This document shows, piece by piece, positions 60,639 through 64,000 of a stretch of DNA of 64,000 bases (position 1 is its first letter; the number at the start of each line of letters is the position of its first letter). The position numbers and the translations under genes were made by a program. The DNA comes from Strigamia acuminata (lineage: Eukaryota): positions 4,650,001 to 4,714,000 of the forward strand of contig OX442314.1 of NCBI GenBank assembly GCA_949358305.1. Reading direction: 5' to 3'. The notes under the pieces were generated by a model that worked only from the letters and a program-made list of their open reading frames with translations, was not told the origin of the DNA and did not search any database.

Positions 60639-61103
60639 CACGTTACGGCCATATTTTGTCGATTCACGGATCTAGATTCTTCTGCCCACCAATTTAATTC
60701 TTAGTATCGTTTCCAACAACATGAAAAGGCAAAAATGCACTTACTGTTGACGGGTGAACGTGGTAGCAACATAATTCCCAGCACGCCGATGTGCTTATGC
60801 GCGCCATTGTCCTTCGGACCTCGTTTTCGTCCAGCAGATAGTCCCGCAGAAATGGTAACTTTTGATGCAGTTTTTATTTGATTTTTTTATTTTTCTGAAA
60901 ATAATAATAAAAATGATTCATCAATTGTGTTTCCTTGAAAAAAACAAAAAAAAAACACATTAGGATTCGCTTTGGTTCCGTTGGTGAGTCGGGAAACCTG
61001 GAAACCGAGTTGTTCAATTCGTTTATTCGCCGCTAGAGGTCATACAAGTTAGAATCAAAACTCAATTTCCTACATACGAAATTGGAAATAGATTTAATTT
61101 CAG

Positions 61104-61243
61104 TAGCTGCATTCAAAAATTAAAATAACAATTTTAGTTTAAGTGTGTTTTAAGTTTTAACATGGGTTTAAACAGGAAATGATGTTATTTTTGGTTTAAA
61201 ATTGAAGTAAAACACAAAATATTTTAGTTTTTGAATGCAGCTA
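61104..61243. mobile_element. Tiny MITE
   Basis: TIR TAGCTGCATTCAAAAA; absent at the matching site (about 27170) of the inverted copy. Confidence 0.65.
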
Positions 61244-61500
61244 GTTAAAAGTCAATTTTGTAAGACAAGCAGGTGTGCTCGTCTTCTTGCGTATCGTAAA
61301 AAGGTTTTTGGGACGTTCGTAAATGTTAATAACTATTAACTTTGCTTTTTTATTTATTGCAAACTTACAACTGGCAACTTCTACAATTACCGCCTTCTTT
61401 TGTCGCAAAACGGAACTAAAGATGTAATACCAAAATCGACTACTAGATGGCGCGGTTTTTTAAATCCGCGTGGATTCTTTTCGATTCCAGGATGCATATA

Positions 61501-61797
61501 TTTTTTTCCACATCATCACTACAGATCATCCGCCCATTACCGATCGCCAGACATTGCTAGCGATCATCACGCATCATTATCGCGTGTTCTTGGATTTTTT
61601 TCTTTTTTTCCTAACAAGGGGGGGCTAGCGCCTCCCCTTGACCCCCCGCGGACCTCACCTTAACTAATTTTCTTAATGCGACGGGAATTGGGCACTTATT
61701 TGACTCGTGATATGTCTGGGGATAAATGTGATGATCGCTAGCAATGTCTGGCGATCGGTAATGGGCGGATGATCTGTAGTGATGATGTGGGAAAAAA
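61501..61797. repeat. About 70-bp inverted repeat pair, MITE-like
   Basis: 61501-61570 is the near-perfect reverse complement of 61728-61797. Confidence 0.75.
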
Positions 61798-62098
61798 GGA
61801 ATGGTTCCGGGATGCGAACCCGAAACTGCTATTAAAAATATATTTCACAAACTAGATATAAGAATAAAAAAAATTTTCACAAGGAAAAATGCTGAATAAT
61901 TTTATTTATTCAATTTATTTAATTTACACAAGTACCGGTATTCAAAATTTTTCAAAAATGACGATGATGTCATAATTGGCGTGTCGCACTCGCTGCAGCA
62001 GTTCAGTTTGATCTCTGGATGACGGATTGATTTTCCAGTACTTTTGTCATCCGATCAGTCAAGACTATTATTATGTAGTGAGAATCGAAGTGAATAAA

Positions 62099-63369
62099 AT
62101 GTCGGAAACAAATTTAGAAGCAAGCAGCGATCAACAGGCGAGCGACACGCAGTCGGTCACGGTGATTAAAGCGAGTCAAGTCGCCAAATATCTCAAGAAG
62201 TGTGTCCCGGCGCTGCTCGAAGATGACGATTCGTTTTCGCCGGCCCTGGATATCGCTCTCAAGGACCAACAATCCGTGGAAAACATCCGCAAATTCATCA
62301 CCGATCCGCAAATCAGAGCGATCATCATCGAAAGAACATCAACCGAGGGTAGATTAGTATATTTGTTTTGAAAAATTAATCCTAATCCTCTTGGTTTGGA
62401 ATTTCCAGTCCGGTTGTGAATTCGCAACCTGACTGGAATCAGCACGACGCCATTTTTAGGGTTAAGTTTTAATCTCGTCGTTCATTTCGTTCTTTTTTTG
62501 TTCGCAGACGAAGAAGCTGATCAGGAGATGGTTAGTTATATTATCTCGACGGATGTGCGATTTTCAAAGACAAAAATCAACAGGTAATTGAAATAAATTG
62601 TGATTAAAATGGCGGATGTAATTAATTTTTTCTCTTGTTGCAGCGTCGTGCTCATCAAACGTGGCGCTGTGGTCGAGGCGGATAAATCGGTGGCTTCGCA
62701 AGTGCGGGTTTTGAACTTGAGCGATGGGTCGCCTTACGAGACCCTTCACGCTTACATCAGCAATGCGGTTGGTCCGTATTTCAAGTCTTTCGTCAAGGAG
62801 AGCGGCAAAGCCGAGCGGTGACTAATGAAACTAAATGAAATGAAATGAAATGAAAGAAACAAATTCTTAATTGATTTATTTGTTGCAGCCATGGCGACAA
62901 GATGGCTCCGTGGGTGGAGAAAAAGATGGCGGAACTGGAGATGGGGTTGTTGCATTTGCAGCACAATATCGACAATTCCGGAAATCAGTTTGAGCGTCCA
63001 TCCTCAGATAATGAAGAAATGCAGGGACAAAAATGTGCGCCCAAAAGTGTTTGATTTCGGCGACAGGGTGGAGGATTCCACTTTTTTGAATGAATTGCAG
63101 AACGAAGTGATTCGTTGGGTCAAAGAAATACAAAAAGTAGTTTTTTTTTAAATGAATAAAGTTAAGTGACTTAAAATTAATTTAATTGAATTTGTTAGGT
63201 GACTAAATTGGACCGAGATCCGTGCAGGAAGTGAGCTTTTGGCTCAATTTGGAACGAGCGCTTTTGCGCATTCAAGAGAAGAGGGAGAGTTTGGAAGTGG
63301 CGCTTACCCTCGATATACTCAGACGTGGAAAACGGTTTCATGTGACAGTCAGTTTCGATAACGACACTG
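62099..63369 (+). pseudogene. DYNC1H1: Cytoplasmic dynein 1 heavy chain, first five exons, with frameshifts
   Basis: [76 protein letters not shown]; extra base near 62974 and out-of-frame deletion near 63223. Confidence 0.85.
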
Positions 63370-63385
63370 GTATAATTATAATGAA

Positions 63386-63501
63386 CAATTTTTGGAATTT
63401 TTAAGCAATTTTTGGAATTTTTAAGCAATTTTTGGAATTTTTAAGCATTTTTTGGAATTTTTAAGCAATTTTTGGAATTTTTAAGCAATTTTTGGAATTT
63501 T
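63386..63501 (+). repeat. 20-bp tandem repeat, about 6 copies
   Basis: CAATTTTTGGAATTTTTAAG repeated. Confidence 0.9.
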
Positions 63502-64000
63502 GTTGCTGTTTTTCCTGCATTTTGATAACTTTATTTTCTTTTTTCCTCAGTTTTTATTGTTGTTGCATTTTTGATTATTCCTGTGAGTATTTCTAAGTTT
63601 TTCTGCATTGTATTATGTTTTTTCTGCATTTTTTTACATTTTACATATTTTGTAGCATTTTGAGACCAAAAAATGGATTTTCAGACAAAAAAAATGCATT
63701 TTGTTACAGAACATGTTTAAGAACCCCCCCTCCCCGTCTTAACAAGCCATAACAAAATTTAAACACCCCCCCCCACCTCCAGGCGTTTTGTAATTTATGG
63801 ACGGCCCCTAGACAATAAAAAAAATTTTCTTTAATTCAGTAATTTGATACGTCTTTGTGAACAGACCAAGCAAATTTGAAACTGTAAGTGCAAAGAGAAA
63901 AAGATAAAAATTGTGAGTTTAAACATTTAAGCAAGCCTGTCAGACAGTCCTACCCTACAGACAGAATAGACGAACCTAAAAGGGGCGAGAGAGAAGTCCG

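Larger units (their letters stand above)
58765..61260 (-). repeat. Inverted diverged copy of sequence found in pieces at about 27155-27550, 38381-38505 and 39250-39451
   Basis: Reverse-complement matches: 60715-61100 vs 27175-27513; 59320-59462 vs 27516-27550 plus 38381-38500; 58765-58960 vs 39250-39451. Confidence 0.8.

Overview
Eukaryotic, AT-rich, intron-containing invertebrate DNA, probably arthropod, about two-thirds of which is nested LTR retrotransposons. It contains: a decayed Mag-type Gypsy (88-12050) interrupted by a very young Copia (4172-11081) that carries a methyl-CpG-binding domain; an intact Mag-type Gypsy (18744-23539); two large Gypsy elements (27551-38380, 39452-53397), each with a non-env accessory ORF after pol; a solo LTR, LTR remnants and several MITEs. 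Host genes are two paralogous DEG/ENaC genes that each fuse two channel subunits into one polypeptide, and a frameshifted 5' part of cytoplasmic dynein heavy chain. The most novel-looking signals are an array of five covarying bulged RNA hairpins just downstream of the TATA box in the LTR of the element that also encodes an Arg/Ser-rich, Cys-rich accessory protein (a Tat/TAR- or Rex/RxRE-like layout), and the two-subunit ENaC concatemers. All alignments and folds were done by eye.
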